From Deltaproteobacteria bacterium (lineage in GTDB: Bacteria > Desulfobacterota > DSM-4660 > Desulfatiglandales > Desulfatiglandaceae), in assembly GCA_034522175.1 (NCBI GenBank), contig JAXHLQ010000001.1:4529685-4593684 (forward strand): a stretch of 64,000 bases of DNA. Direction: 5' to 3'. Shown here piece by piece: positions 9,688-19,081 of the stretch. Each line of letters starts with the position of its first letter. Position 1 is the first letter of the stretch. The notes below the pieces were generated by a model. The model did no database searches, was not told the origin of the DNA, and was given only the letters and a program-made list of their open reading frames with translations. The position numbers and the translations under genes are program-made.

Positions 9688-12600
9688 TTATATCGTGCCC
9701 CGGTAGCTCTCCACAATGTCGACAATTTGTTTCGGGTCCACCTCTCCATGGGTGGTGTCATCCACCACCATGACCGGGGCGAGTCCGCAGGCCCCGATAC
9801 ATCGGACCACTTCCAGGGAATATTCCCTATCTTCGGTGGTTTCGCCGATTCCCACGTGGAGGTGCTGCTCAAGCTTTTCCAACAGTCTTCCCGAGCCCTT
9901 GACAAAACAGGCCGTACCCAAACATACCCGGATGGTGTGTTGTCCCCTGGGGACCATGGTAAAAAACGAATAAAAGGTGACCACACCGAATACATAGGAT
10001 GGTGCAACACCGAGTCCCAGCGCAATATAGTTCTGGACGGGAACCGGCAGGAAGCCCAGGATCCCCTGGACCTGCTGCAGCACCGGAATCAGCCCACCGC
10101 GTTTGGTTTTATAGGTGGAGAGTATCTCGTCAATTTTCTCTTTCGCGTCTGTCTTTTCTTCCTCCTGAAGGAGCGCGATAAAGGCCTCTTTGACTTCTTC
10201 CGGATTGCTGGGCGGGACCTGTGTGCCGATGCCTCCGCTCTTGGGAAGGGATTCCAGGAGTCCGCCGCAATGTTCCAGCAGCGTGCGATGGTGGTAATTG
10301 AAGGATGTCCAGCCGGGACGTCTGAGGGGGGATCGTGCATCCCTGGGTCCTGGAACCCCCAGTTTCTGCGGGTCGGTCAAAGGCCGCTGCACCCCCTGTT
10401 TCTCCATGCGTTCATAGGTCATCCCCTCGAGTTGAGGGATCAGGTCGATGATTTCCTTTTCCCAAATGTCACGGGGGGTGGATTCCGGCCATGAAAGGCC
10501 CAGTCGATTGGCCAACTGGGTGAAAATCCATGTTTCCGGTTGGGCATCTCCGGGAGCAGGCACCGCATATCGAACGCGACTCACGCGTCTTTCGCAATTG
10601 GTGTACGTGCCTTCTTCTTCAGCCCAGGCGGCGGCGGGAAGCACCACATCTGCGTAGGGGATGGTTTCATTGTTCAGGATATCCTGCACCACGAGAAATT
10701 CGACTGCCTCCAGGGCAGCGGTCACGTTGGGCATGACCGGTGTGGTGAGTGCCAGATTTTCGCCCACGCAATAAAGGACGCGGATGGGCGTGCCTGCCTC
10801 CTGCTTTCCATTGCTCAGGTTTTGAATCATCTCGGAAAACCGCAAGCCGGGTTTGCTGTTCAGCGAAGTTCCCCAGGCCGTTTCAAAGGCGTTACGCGAC
10901 GCGTCATCCTCCACCCGGGCGAATCCGGGAAGAAAGTTCGGCAGCAATCCCATGTCACAGGCCCCTTGGGAATTGTTCAGATCGCCGAGGTAGTTCACCC
11001 CCCCGTAAGGGACGCCGAGATTTCCGAGGACATCCTGTAGGGCCACAAAGGTCCTGGCAAAGGAAGCAACCTTGGACCCATACACCAGCATGGCCGGTTC
11101 TTCCCTGTCGAGAATGTCCACGGCGGACAGGATATCATCGGCTGTAAGCCCCGTGATCTGTGTCACCTTAGCCATGTCATAGCTTTGCGTGCTCTTTTCG
11201 ATATCCTCAGCACATGTTCGTCCTCTTTGGATGAGTTGATGCATGATACCGTTGATGAGAACGGACTCGGTGCCCTCTTTCAAAAGAAGATGGGTATTGG
11301 CAAAGGTGCCGATCTTCGTGGGTATGGAGTTTACAACAATGAGTTGCGCACCGGCTTCGGATGCCCGCTTGACGAATGTGCCGGCGACCGGGTTTTCTTC
11401 GGTGATGTCGCTTCCGATGAGCAAAATGCGCTTCGCCTTTTCCAGTTCAGAGAGCGGGTTATTCAGCCCGCCTGCGGCGAAGGGGGAGGCCAGGTTGTTG
11501 GTGCCGATGCCCACCCTGAAGAGCTTCTGCATGGTATAAAGGGCTTCGTTTGTGGATTTGGCCGAACAGATGCCTGCAACGGAATCAGGGCCTTCTTTTT
11601 CCACGGTTTCTTTGATCTTTTTGGCGATAAGATCCAGGGCCTCTTCCCAGGAGGCACCCCTCAACTCGCCGTCCTTTCGAATCATGGGTCGGGTGAGACG
11701 TTCCGGACTCTGAACAAAATCGTATCCGAAGCGGCCCTTTACGCAAAGCCGCCCATGGTTGGGTTGGACCCCTTCGACCGCCGTGACCTTCATGATGGTG
11801 TCATTCTTGATGTGAAGATCCAGCTGGCACCCTACGCCGCAATAGTAACAGGTGGTCCGGACGTGCCGGGCCTCCCACGGTCTGATCTTGTAGCGGCTCT
11901 TTTTCTCCACCAGGGCACCGACCGGGCAGGCCTGGATGCACTGACCACAGAATACGCATTCCGACCGATCCAGGGATCCATCCCCCATGGCGATAATCCT
12001 GGCTTCGGCACCTCTGAAGCCGTGGGAAATGGCGTTATTGACCTGGATGCTGTTGCAGGCCTCTACACACCGGCCGCAGAGAATGCAGCGTGAGGCATCC
12101 CTTACAATGAGGGGACTTGCCGTCTCCATGGGATATTCGGCTGGGGCCCGGACCAGTCCACCGGTATCCACCTGATAACGGTAGGCATAGGCCTGCAGTT
12201 TACAGGCGCTGTGGGCCGGGCAGAGCTCCGTGGTTTGGTCATATTGTTCCACCTGTCGCTGAAAGTCGGTCCAGTCGTCTGAGGCCTTTTTGGCCACTGC
12301 GCAGTTGTGATTGCCGGATTGGAGCAACAGGGCCAGAACCGTTTGACGGGCTTCTTTGACCGCAGGCGAGTTGGTATGAACCACCATCTTATCGCCGGCC
12401 GGGGCGGAACAGGAGGGGGCAAGGGCGCGGGCCCCTTCGATCTCCACGAGACAGACCCGGCAGGCACCGGTCGGTGTGGTGCCTTCAAGGTGACACAGGG
12501 TGGGAATGAAAATCCCGTTGCGTCTGGCCACTTCGAGGATCGTCTCTCCAGGGGTAAACGCCAATTGGCGACCGTCTATGGTAATCTTCTGTTCGGACAT
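9688..12600 (-). CDS. FdhA/NuoG-like molybdopterin-oxidoreductase-family iron-sulfur protein that lacks the formate dehydrogenase catalytic residues, fused at its C-terminus to a NuoE-like [2Fe-2S] domain.
   Basis: The start is preferred at ATG 12598-12600 (MSEQKITIDG...), with GGAGAG upstream. The N-terminus has a 2Fe-2S fold and 2x[4Fe-4S] motifs (CILCGRCVEAC, CVFCGQCIQACP), followed by the MopB 4Fe-4S site CYYCGVGC...GRLCVKGRFG. Where FdhF has NNVDCCARVUHGPS, this protein reads IGTNNLASPFAAGGLNN. The C-terminal ~150 aa are NuoE-like (...RGGLIPVLQQVQ...CLGTACFVKG...CIGACGLAPVMVV). Confidence 0.85.
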   Translation of the reverse strand: MSEQKITIDGRQLAFTPGETILEVARRNGIFIPTLCHLEGTTPTGACRVCLVEIEGARALAPSCSAPAGDKMVVHTNSPAVKEARQTVLALLLQSGNHNCAVAKKASDDWTDFQRQVEQYDQTTELCPAHSACKLQAYAYRYQVDTGGLVRAPAEYPMETASPLIVRDASRCILCGRCVEACNSIQVNNAISHGFRGAEARIIAMGDGSLDRSECVFCGQCIQACPVGALVEKKSRYKIRPWEARHVRTTCYYCGVGCQLDLHIKNDTIMKVTAVEGVQPNHGRLCVKGRFGYDFVQSPERLTRPMIRKDGELRGASWEEALDLIAKKIKETVEKEGPDSVAGICSAKSTNEALYTMQKLFRVGIGTNNLASPFAAGGLNNPLSELEKAKRILLIGSDITEENPVAGTFVKRASEAGAQLIVVNSIPTKIGTFANTHLLLKEGTESVLINGIMHQLIQRGRTCAEDIEKSTQSYDMAKVTQITGLTADDILSAVDILDREEPAMLVYGSKVASFARTFVALQDVLGNLGVPYGGVNYLGDLNNSQGACDMGLLPNFLPGFARVEDDASRNAFETAWGTSLNSKPGLRFSEMIQNLSNGKQEAGTPIRVLYCVGENLALTTPVMPNVTAALEAVEFLVVQDILNNETIPYADVVLPAAAWAEEEGTYTNCERRVSRVRYAVPAPGDAQPETWIFTQLANRLGLSWPESTPRDIWEKEIIDLIPQLEGMTYERMEKQGVQRPLTDPQKLGVPGPRDARSPLRRPGWTSFNYHHRTLLEHCGGLLESLPKSGGIGTQVPPSNPEEVKEAFIALLQEEEKTDAKEKIDEILSTYKTKRGGLIPVLQQVQGILGFLPVPVQNYIALGLGVAPSYVFGVVTFYSFFTMVPRGQHTIRVCLGTACFVKGSGRLLEKLEQHLHVGIGETTEDREYSLEVVRCIGACGLAPVMVVDDTTHGEVDPKQIVDIVESYRGTI

Positions 12601-12777
12601 GTTCACTCTCCGACGGATGTTTTTCGCGCAGAGACGCAGCGGCGCAGAGAAAGAATAAATTCCTGCGGGTGATTTCTGTTGGCGCAAAATGGCATATGTG
12701 CTTATCGCCTTTCGTAATTCAGATTACTGGGTTGAACCTCAGGACATCTGTTCGCATGCCGTGAGGAGGCTAAACGT

Positions 12778-14861
12778 CTACTGACCCGTTTTCCATGTCT
12801 GCGATTTCGGATTTTTGTAACAAATCAGACCGCAGTTGAGACATCTGCGGGCCTCGTTTCTCGCAGCAGCTTCATCGAGCCCCGGCCAGGGTTTGGGGAA
12901 AATCCAGGCACTCTCACTATCCCCCTCCACATCGAGTGAAGGCGGTCGCTCTCTTTCCAGTGTCTCGACGTGGTGGACTTCTGATACATCCAGCACGGAT
13001 GCGGCTTCACACACCAATTCATCCATCGATCCAACCTGTCCGTCCGTAAGGTAGGTATGGATGGCACGGCAGAGCCGACGTCCTGAGAGGATCGACTTGA
13101 CCACCGCCGAAGAATCGCTGAGCCTGCCGGGTTCCGGTGCAGTGAACACGCCATTCCGGCCCGTTTTTGGAAACGTGTGGAAGGTTTCAACGGTTCGCCA
13201 CTGTGAGGCGGCCGCGTCCGTGGTGTCATCCGAGTCATCGGGGACAAACACCAACTCCGGGAGCCGGGCGCCTGGGAAAACAACACTGTCCACATGACGT
13301 GTGGTTGTTTCCACGAAATCCGCGCGCCGGGAATCTCGCGTTTCCAGTCCGATATCCGTCAGGCGATCATCGGTTCCTTTGAGGAAGGTCACATGGGTGG
13401 AAGCGTGAATCTCAATCCCCTCGGCAGCCAATGCGCGGGTATCTTTGAATGCCGCAGGGAGTTCGGCGGGATCAAGGTTTGAAATGATGTGTACCGTTTT
13501 TGCCCCCTGCTTTTTCAGCGTGCGTGCCAGGTCGAGTCCTTCAGCCATGTTGTGGACGATGGCGACCTCTTTGCCGATGTTGACCGTTTCGTTCGCAGCG
13601 AGGGCGGTCCAGAGATCCAGCAATATGAAAAGACCCTGAAAGGGGAGGTCAAACTGATTGACTTCAGGACGGAGGATCTTTTGGCTGTCGATCCCGCCTG
13701 TTGTCAGCACCACCGCATCATACCCTTCGTGCAGAAGCCCCCCCGGCGTGAAATCCCGACCCATGACCCTATTGGTTTTTGCCTCCACACCCATTTTCAG
13801 AATCCCATCAATTTCATGATCCAGGATGTCCCGGGGAAGCCGGTCTTCGGCAATGACATACCGTAAAATGCCTCCCAGTTCTGGTTTAGCCTCGAAGAGG
13901 GTAGGTCGGTAACCGAGCCGGGCCAGATAATAGCCGGTGGTTAACCCTTCGACACCGCCGCCGATAACAGCGATTTTGCGATGGTTGTCGTCGGCCTTGT
14001 AGGGATTGATATGGGCGTCGTTGGCCATCTCATATTCGGCGACAAATCGTTTGAGGGAATTGATGGCCACGGGTTCATCCACCATGTTTCGTCTGCAGGC
14101 CATTTCGCAGGGAGCCGGACAGATATGCCCGCAGATGAGCGGAAGGGCGCATTTCTCCTTTATGGTGAGGAGGGCCCCCGGGTAATCCCCGTTGTGGATC
14201 TGGCTGATATAGCGGGGGATGTTGATGCCGGTGGGGCAGGTCCGCTGCAAGGGGCCGTGCATTCGTCGGTCTGATATTCGTCGATGATTCGAAGTGAGTT
14301 GGAACTGAGGGTAATGATGTGTTTCGGGCAGATTCGCTCGCAGGTGCCGCAGCCTGTGCATCGCTCTGTGTTGACGATGGGCAGGTTGTCGGGCCCGATG
14401 GTGAGCGCATCAAAGGGGCACGCGCGAACACAGGTGCCGAGTCCCAGACATCCGATGGGGCATTCTTTGGACCCTCCTCCCAGCAGCATGGCGGCGCGAC
14501 AATCATGAATGCCCTGATAGATGTATTTCAGGTCTGCTTCCTGGGTTCCATAGCGGCATCCCGGGAATGCAAATTCGGGCTCCCTGAGCTCCAATTCCAC
14601 GCCCATGATGGCCGCAATTTCAACAGCGATCTCAGCTCCGCCTGCGACGCAGGAGGACGGTGAGGATTGACCGGCTACAATAGCGGCGGCGTTGGAACTG
14701 CATCCGGGTAATCCGCATCCGCCGCAGTTCGCCCCGGGGAGCGCATCGTCCACCGCTTCGATCTTGGGATCCACATACACGTAGAACACCTTCGAAGCCA
14801 GTGCCAGGCAAATGCCGATGGCAACACCCAATCCCCCCATTACCAGAAACCCACCTAACAT
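12778..14861 (-). CDS. rnfB: RnfB (Rnf complex subunit B) fused to a GltD/NfnB-like FAD flavoprotein domain, interrupted by one frameshift near 14245-14250.
   Basis: ORF 14160..14861 has an N-terminal TM helix, the CGGCGLPGC motif and 2x[4Fe-4S] motifs (CLGLGTCVRACP, CTGCGTCERICP). ORF 12778..14361 continues in another frame as ...CPTGINIPRYISQIHNGDY...ICPAPCEMACRR...KIAVIGGGVEGL. One added base gives ...DECTAPCQRTCPTGINIP. Confidence 0.8.
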
Positions 14862-14955
14862 GTCGTTCCTCCAACGTCAGTCGACTTGACCCGCTTCATC
14901 TGTCCGACTCGATTCGCTATTCACTGTTCAATCGCCAATCGTCAATCGCCAATCC

Positions 14956-15530
14956 CTACACCATCCCTTTAAAAGCGAAAAAAGCGAGGGAGATCATGCC
15001 TGCGGTCACGAGCCCGATGGACGTATCCTGCAAGGGTTTTGGAACCCTGGCGAGGAGGAGACGTTCTCGAATCCCCGCAAAGAGAATCAGGGCCAGTCCG
15101 AAGCCCACCGCATAGCTGAGAGAGGCCACCAGTGCCTGAACAAAACCGTATTCTTCGTTGATATTGATGAGGCATACCCCCATGACCGCACAATTGGTGG
15201 TGATGAGGGCAGGAATATTCCGAGCCCCGCATAGAGCGTCGGAATACTCTTTCTCAAAAACATCTCCACCAGTTGGACCAGGGATGCGATGACCAGGATG
15301 AAGGCCAGTGTCCTCAAATATTCAAGCTCAAACGGTCGGAGAAGAAATGTGTTGACGATCCAGGTGATGGCGCCTGCCATGACCAGCACGAATACGACCG
15401 CCATGGCCATTCCGGTGGCCGTCTCCATCCGTTTGGAAACCCCGAGAAAGGGACAGTTCCCGAGGTATTGCATCAGCAGGATGTTGTTGACAAAGATGCA
15501 GCTGACGATCAGTAAGATGTAGTCACCCAT
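14956..15530 (-). CDS. rnfA: Rnf complex subunit A, with a frameshift in the G3 run at 15207-15209.
   Basis: ORF 15087..15530 reads MGDYILLIVSCIFVNNILLMQYLGNCPFLGVSK...LYAGLGIFLP. ORF 14956..15183 reads ...CAVMGVCLININEEYGFVQALVASLSYAVGFGLALILFAGIRERL. One added base restores GIFLPLITTNCAVMG. Confidence 0.85.
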
Positions 15531-15548
15531 TCTGCTGCCTCCGATCGA

Positions 15549-16145
15549 TTATCTCATTTTCCCCAGCATATTCATTACACACAGCATCAACCCCAGACAG
15601 ACGAACGCCCCCGGGGCCTGCACCATGAAACCGAATGGCTCAAAGCTCGGCCCAAACACCGGAATATCGTAGAAGGTCCCATTACCGAGGACCTCACGAA
15701 CGATGGAGAGGGCGGTCAGTGACAGGGTGAAGCCCACGCCGATGCCGAGTCCGTCGGCAAAGGAATGAACAACCCCGTTCTTGGCGGCGAAGGCCTCTGC
15801 CCGGCCCAATACGATGCAGTTGACCACAATGAGGGGGATAAAGATGCCCAGTTTCAGAAAGAGGGATAGGCGAATGCCTGCATCACCAATTCGACTACGG
15901 TGACAAAGGTGGCGATCACCACGATGTAGCAGGCGATTCCGAACCCGCTTGGGGATGACGTTTCTGAGCAGCGATATCAGGACATTGGAACACACCAGCA
16001 CGAATGTGGTCGCGATGCCCATGCCGATCCCGTTTTCCACCCCCTTGGTCACGGCCAGCGTCGGACACAGGCCCAGAACCAGGCGAAAAGGTGGAATCTT
16101 GGCCCAAAGCCCTTTGGTGAATTCTTGAACTGCCGTCTTTGCCAT
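15549..16145 (-). CDS. rnfE: Rnf complex subunit E. The ORF stays open, but about 25-30 internal codons (about 15862-15937) are out of frame because of two compensating indels.
   Basis: The in-frame text ...IPKRVRNRLLHRGDRHLCHRSRIGDAGIRLSLFLKLGIFIPLIVVNCIVLGRAEAFA is unlike RnfE. The +1 frame of the same DNA reads IACYIVVIATFVTVVELVMQAFAYP, which matches the RsxE/RnfE consensus ([24 protein letters not shown]). Confidence 0.85.
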   Translation of the reverse strand: MAKTAVQEFTKGLWAKIPPFRLVLGLCPTLAVTKGVENGIGMGIATTFVLVCSNVLISLLRNVIPKRVRNRLLHRGDRHLCHRSRIGDAGIRLSLFLKLGIFIPLIVVNCIVLGRAEAFAAKNGVVHSFADGLGIGVGFTLSLTALSIVREVLGNGTFYDIPVFGPSFEPFGFMVQAPGAFVCLGLMLCVMNMLGKMR

Positions 16146-16160
16146 TTCCGCACTCCCTCA

Positions 16161-16760
16161 CTATTGTGTAAGCGCCTTTACCCCCTTGGCGATATCTGTT
16201 TTTATCCGCTGGTAGCGCGCGCTCGTTTTTCCGACCGCACCGCACACCCCCCGGGATGAAATGGTCGCGCCGCTGAGTGCATCAATCTGCCCGCCGTCGG
16301 CCTTTACCTTGAATGGGTCCTGAACGGGAAGCCCTTCAAATTGTTCGGTAAATGAGGCGTCGGTCTTTGCGCGCGACCCCACGCCCGGGGTTTCGCTGTG
16401 GGTGGTGACCTCCACGCCGACGATTTCGTCTGTGTCGATATTCACACCGACAACAACACCGATATCCCCGCCGAAGCCTTTGCCGAAAGATTCCAATGCC
16501 ACCACATTGGGCTTGCCGTCAAACACACCCACAAAAACCGTTGTTTCCTCCCCATTATCCGTCACCTTGAATCGATCGGTAATGGGATTGTTGGTACTGC
16601 CCTTTAGAATTTCATTGATGGCCGGTCCCTTGACGAACTTGAGCTGCTGGTATTCGATCCGATCCTTGGTGGCATTTTGAATGGCCGCCAGCACACCGCC
16701 GGAGAGCGAACTGAAAATGACAATCACTATGAACAGTTTCATCATCTCACGCATCTTCAT
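16161..16760 (-). CDS. rnfG: Rnf complex subunit G (FMN-binding).
   Basis: 199 aa with an N-terminal TM anchor and the covalent-FMN motif SGATISSRG. Confidence 0.85.
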   Translation of the reverse strand: MKMREMMKLFIVIVIFSSLSGGVLAAIQNATKDRIEYQQLKFVKGPAINEILKGSTNNPITDRFKVTDNGEETTVFVGVFDGKPNVVALESFGKGFGGDIGVVVGVNIDTDEIVGVEVTTHSETPGVGSRAKTDASFTEQFEGLPVQDPFKVKADGGQIDALSGATISSRGVCGAVGKTSARYQRIKTDIAKGVKALTQ

Positions 16761-17715
16761 GCCTCTTTCCCAGGGCCCTCGGCCTGATTTTGTCGAAAAG
16801 CGGATTGGCCACGTTGACCATCAGAATGGCGAACACGACGCCGTCCACAAAAGCACCGATGTTGCGGATAAGAACGGTCAGAAATCCGGCGCATGCCCCG
16901 TATATCAGCATGGGCAGGAAGTTGACCGGAGATGAGGAATCCTCTGTGGCGAGGAAAAAGGCTCCGATGAGGGTGTATCCCGTCAGGAGGTGAAACAGGG
17001 GGGGGGCATAGGCCGCTGAGTCGGCCACGTAAAACAAAAGGGCGGTCATAAAGACCCCCGTCAGAAAAGAGAGGGATATCTCCCACCGAATGAACCCTCT
17101 GAGCATCAGATAGACGCCACCGATGATGAGCCCCAGGCCGAAGGTGGAGCCGATGGCGCCGGGCTCCTGGCCCATCAACAGATCGCCCAGGGGGTAATTG
17201 TACAGGACATCGGTCCCGAAATATTTCAGGGCGCTCAACGGATAGACCATGGTCACCCCAAGATCGTAATGGACCAGGGCCTCGTTAAAATCGAGCATGG
17301 CCTCCCATGACAGCATGATCATGGCGATGGCCACCAAAGAGGGATTGAGGGGATTCCCGCCGACCCCGCCAAAAATCTGTTTTCCGATGACGATGGCGAT
17401 AAATGTGCCCACCAGGACCACCCACCACGGCGTGGATGCGGGGAGTAGCATGGCAAAGAGCAGACCGATGACCGCCGCATTCCCGTCTCCGATACTGATG
17501 GGTCTTTTCATTACCAGATTCATGAGGAGTTCCCAGCCAATGGCAAAGGAAACGGCGAAGGCCACCACACCGAGGGCGGGCGCCCCGTATTGATAGATTC
17601 CCATAATGACCGCTGGAAGCGCGGCCAGCATGGTATGGTAACTCTTGGCGCAGAGACCGCTTCCATTGTGCCAGTAGGGGGCGTATGACCCAATAAAAAG
17701 CTTTTTATTCTCCAT
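16747..17715 (-). CDS. rnfD: Rnf complex subunit D (polytopic membrane subunit).
   Basis: The start is preferred at ATG 17713-17715 (MENKKLFIGSYAPYWHNG...), with GGAGGA upstream. The tracked ORF 16747..17928 begins inside rnfC. The sequence is typical of RnfD/NqrB. The expected [S/T]GAT site reads VTMVY by eye. Confidence 0.8.
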   Translation of the reverse strand: MENKKLFIGSYAPYWHNGSGLCAKSYHTMLAALPAVIMGIYQYGAPALGVVAFAVSFAIGWELLMNLVMKRPISIGDGNAAVIGLLFAMLLPASTPWWVVLVGTFIAIVIGKQIFGGVGGNPLNPSLVAIAMIMLSWEAMLDFNEALVHYDLGVTMVYPLSALKYFGTDVLYNYPLGDLLMGQEPGAIGSTFGLGLIIGGVYLMLRGFIRWEISLSFLTGVFMTALLFYVADSAAYAPPLFHLLTGYTLIGAFFLATEDSSSPVNFLPMLIYGACAGFLTVLIRNIGAFVDGVVFAILMVNVANPLFDKIRPRALGKRHEDA

Positions 17716-18992
17716 CGGATTCCTCCGCGGCCCGCTGTAGAGCGAGTTCATGTTTCCCGAGCATAATGTAGTGAAATACGGGAATGTGAAGCATGCAGAC
17801 GTAACTGCAGAGACCGCATTCAACACATGACAGGAGGTCATAACGCTGAGCGGCTTCTTCATAGAGCCGGTTTTCAAGCAGGCGCACGAGCATGTTGACC
17901 GGTAGCCTTGCAGGGCAGGCCCGCACACATTCTCCGCAATTCACGCATGGGCTGTCCGAGGCCGCGACGATCTGATGCTTATCCTGAATAAAGATGGCAT
18001 CGGTGGTGTGCATCACCGGCATCTTTTCTGAATAGACGCTGTGGCCGGTCATGGGTCCGCCGAAGACGATCCGGTCTCCCTGATCGGTTGATATGTCGAG
18101 GTCGGTCAGGATGTCCTCTACGGGCGTCCCGATTCTTGCCCGTACAAGGCTGACGCGGGCGTCTTTGTGGATAACGGAGACGACCTTTTCCACCGGCGGC
18201 CGTCTGTCGACGAAGGCTGTTTTAAGGGCCAGTACGGCTTCGACATTAAGGACCCCCACGCCCAAATCGGAGGGGGTATGGTCACGGGGATATCCTGGTT
18301 CAGGAGGTCTCGAACCGTAAACCAGGGGAGGGCCTTTGGATAAGTGGGATCGATAACCTTGACTTCCGCACCGGTCTTCTCGGCCGCTGATTGCAGGCTG
18401 GGTGGAATAACCAGGATGACGCGAGCGGCCCCCGTTATGTCCTTGAGACAGCTTACGCCCTCCCTGATTCCCGTGGCTTCGGTGTTGAGGATAAATTGTT
18501 GGGTGGACACCAGAAGATCCTGATCGATGCCGTTTATAATAAGGGTATGGACAGGGTTCTCAATGTCGAGTATCGCGTGAACATCCGCCATGCCGGGGAG
18601 GCGGGGAGAAATTCCCGGGCGACCTGGGCACTCGGCGATTCGGCTGCATCCGTGAATCCGGTGTCCCATCTGTCCGGTTCATCCACATCGATGGTCACGC
18701 AGATGGAGCGATGATCGGTATAGGTGCTGTCTTCAAAAACGGCGTCAACCGTCCCGGTAGCTGTGGTCGTGAGATTTCCTTTCTTGCCTCCTGAAAAGGG
18801 AACTGCCGCTCCTGTCTTGACCTCTGTGTCCTGCCTGAGGCCAAGATCTCCCGGATGTATACGATTGTCATGCAGAAGGAGGGTTACTTTTTTTGGAAGC
18901 GGTATATCCCTGACTTCCGTCTGAGCGAAAAGCGCAATGTCCGCATATGTCAGTTTCGGTCTGGTAAAACCGAAAAATGGCCTTTTAATCAT
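17705..18992 (-). CDS. rnfC: Rnf complex subunit C-like protein, interrupted by two frameshifts (G5 18272-18276 and G4 18603-18606). The NADH/FMN-binding glycine motif is not recognisable.
   Basis: The fragments 18534..18992 (N-terminal barrel-like part), 18118..18669 (...HTLIINGIDQDLLVSTQQFIL...) and 17705..18265 (...CVNCGECVRACP...CVECGLCSYVC) join after single-base corrections. The consensus GMGGAGFPTHVK/NGAECEPYLT region reads LPGMADVHAILDI/NGIDQDLLVS. Confidence 0.75.
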
Positions 18993-19081
18993 CGCTTGCC
19001 TCCTGACTCATGAGAAAGGGACCCGTCTTTCCCATAAGAAAAGGGTTTGAACCTGATGCACATGGCGCTTTGGCGAGGATC

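Noticed and set aside
9688-12600. A selenocysteine-containing formate dehydrogenase.
   Set aside because: The frame has no in-frame TGA. The segment that would carry Sec/Cys-His is deleted, and no SECIS-like context exists.
4436-12672. Long plus-strand ORFs antisense to the flavoprotein genes (for example 4436..5173, 5118..5831, 5480..6277, 6314..7438, 9727..10494, 11185..12093).
   Set aside because: Their translations are low-complexity and Arg/Gly/Pro-rich, with no family resemblance. They lie entirely inside strongly recognisable minus-strand genes, so they are shadow ORFs typical of GC-rich coding DNA. The same applies to 19589..20209, 20240..20923, 26547..27329, 29608..30183, 45375..45974, 46295..46939, 47666..48214, 48211..48789, 57521..58180, 59509..60195 and 60274..60759.
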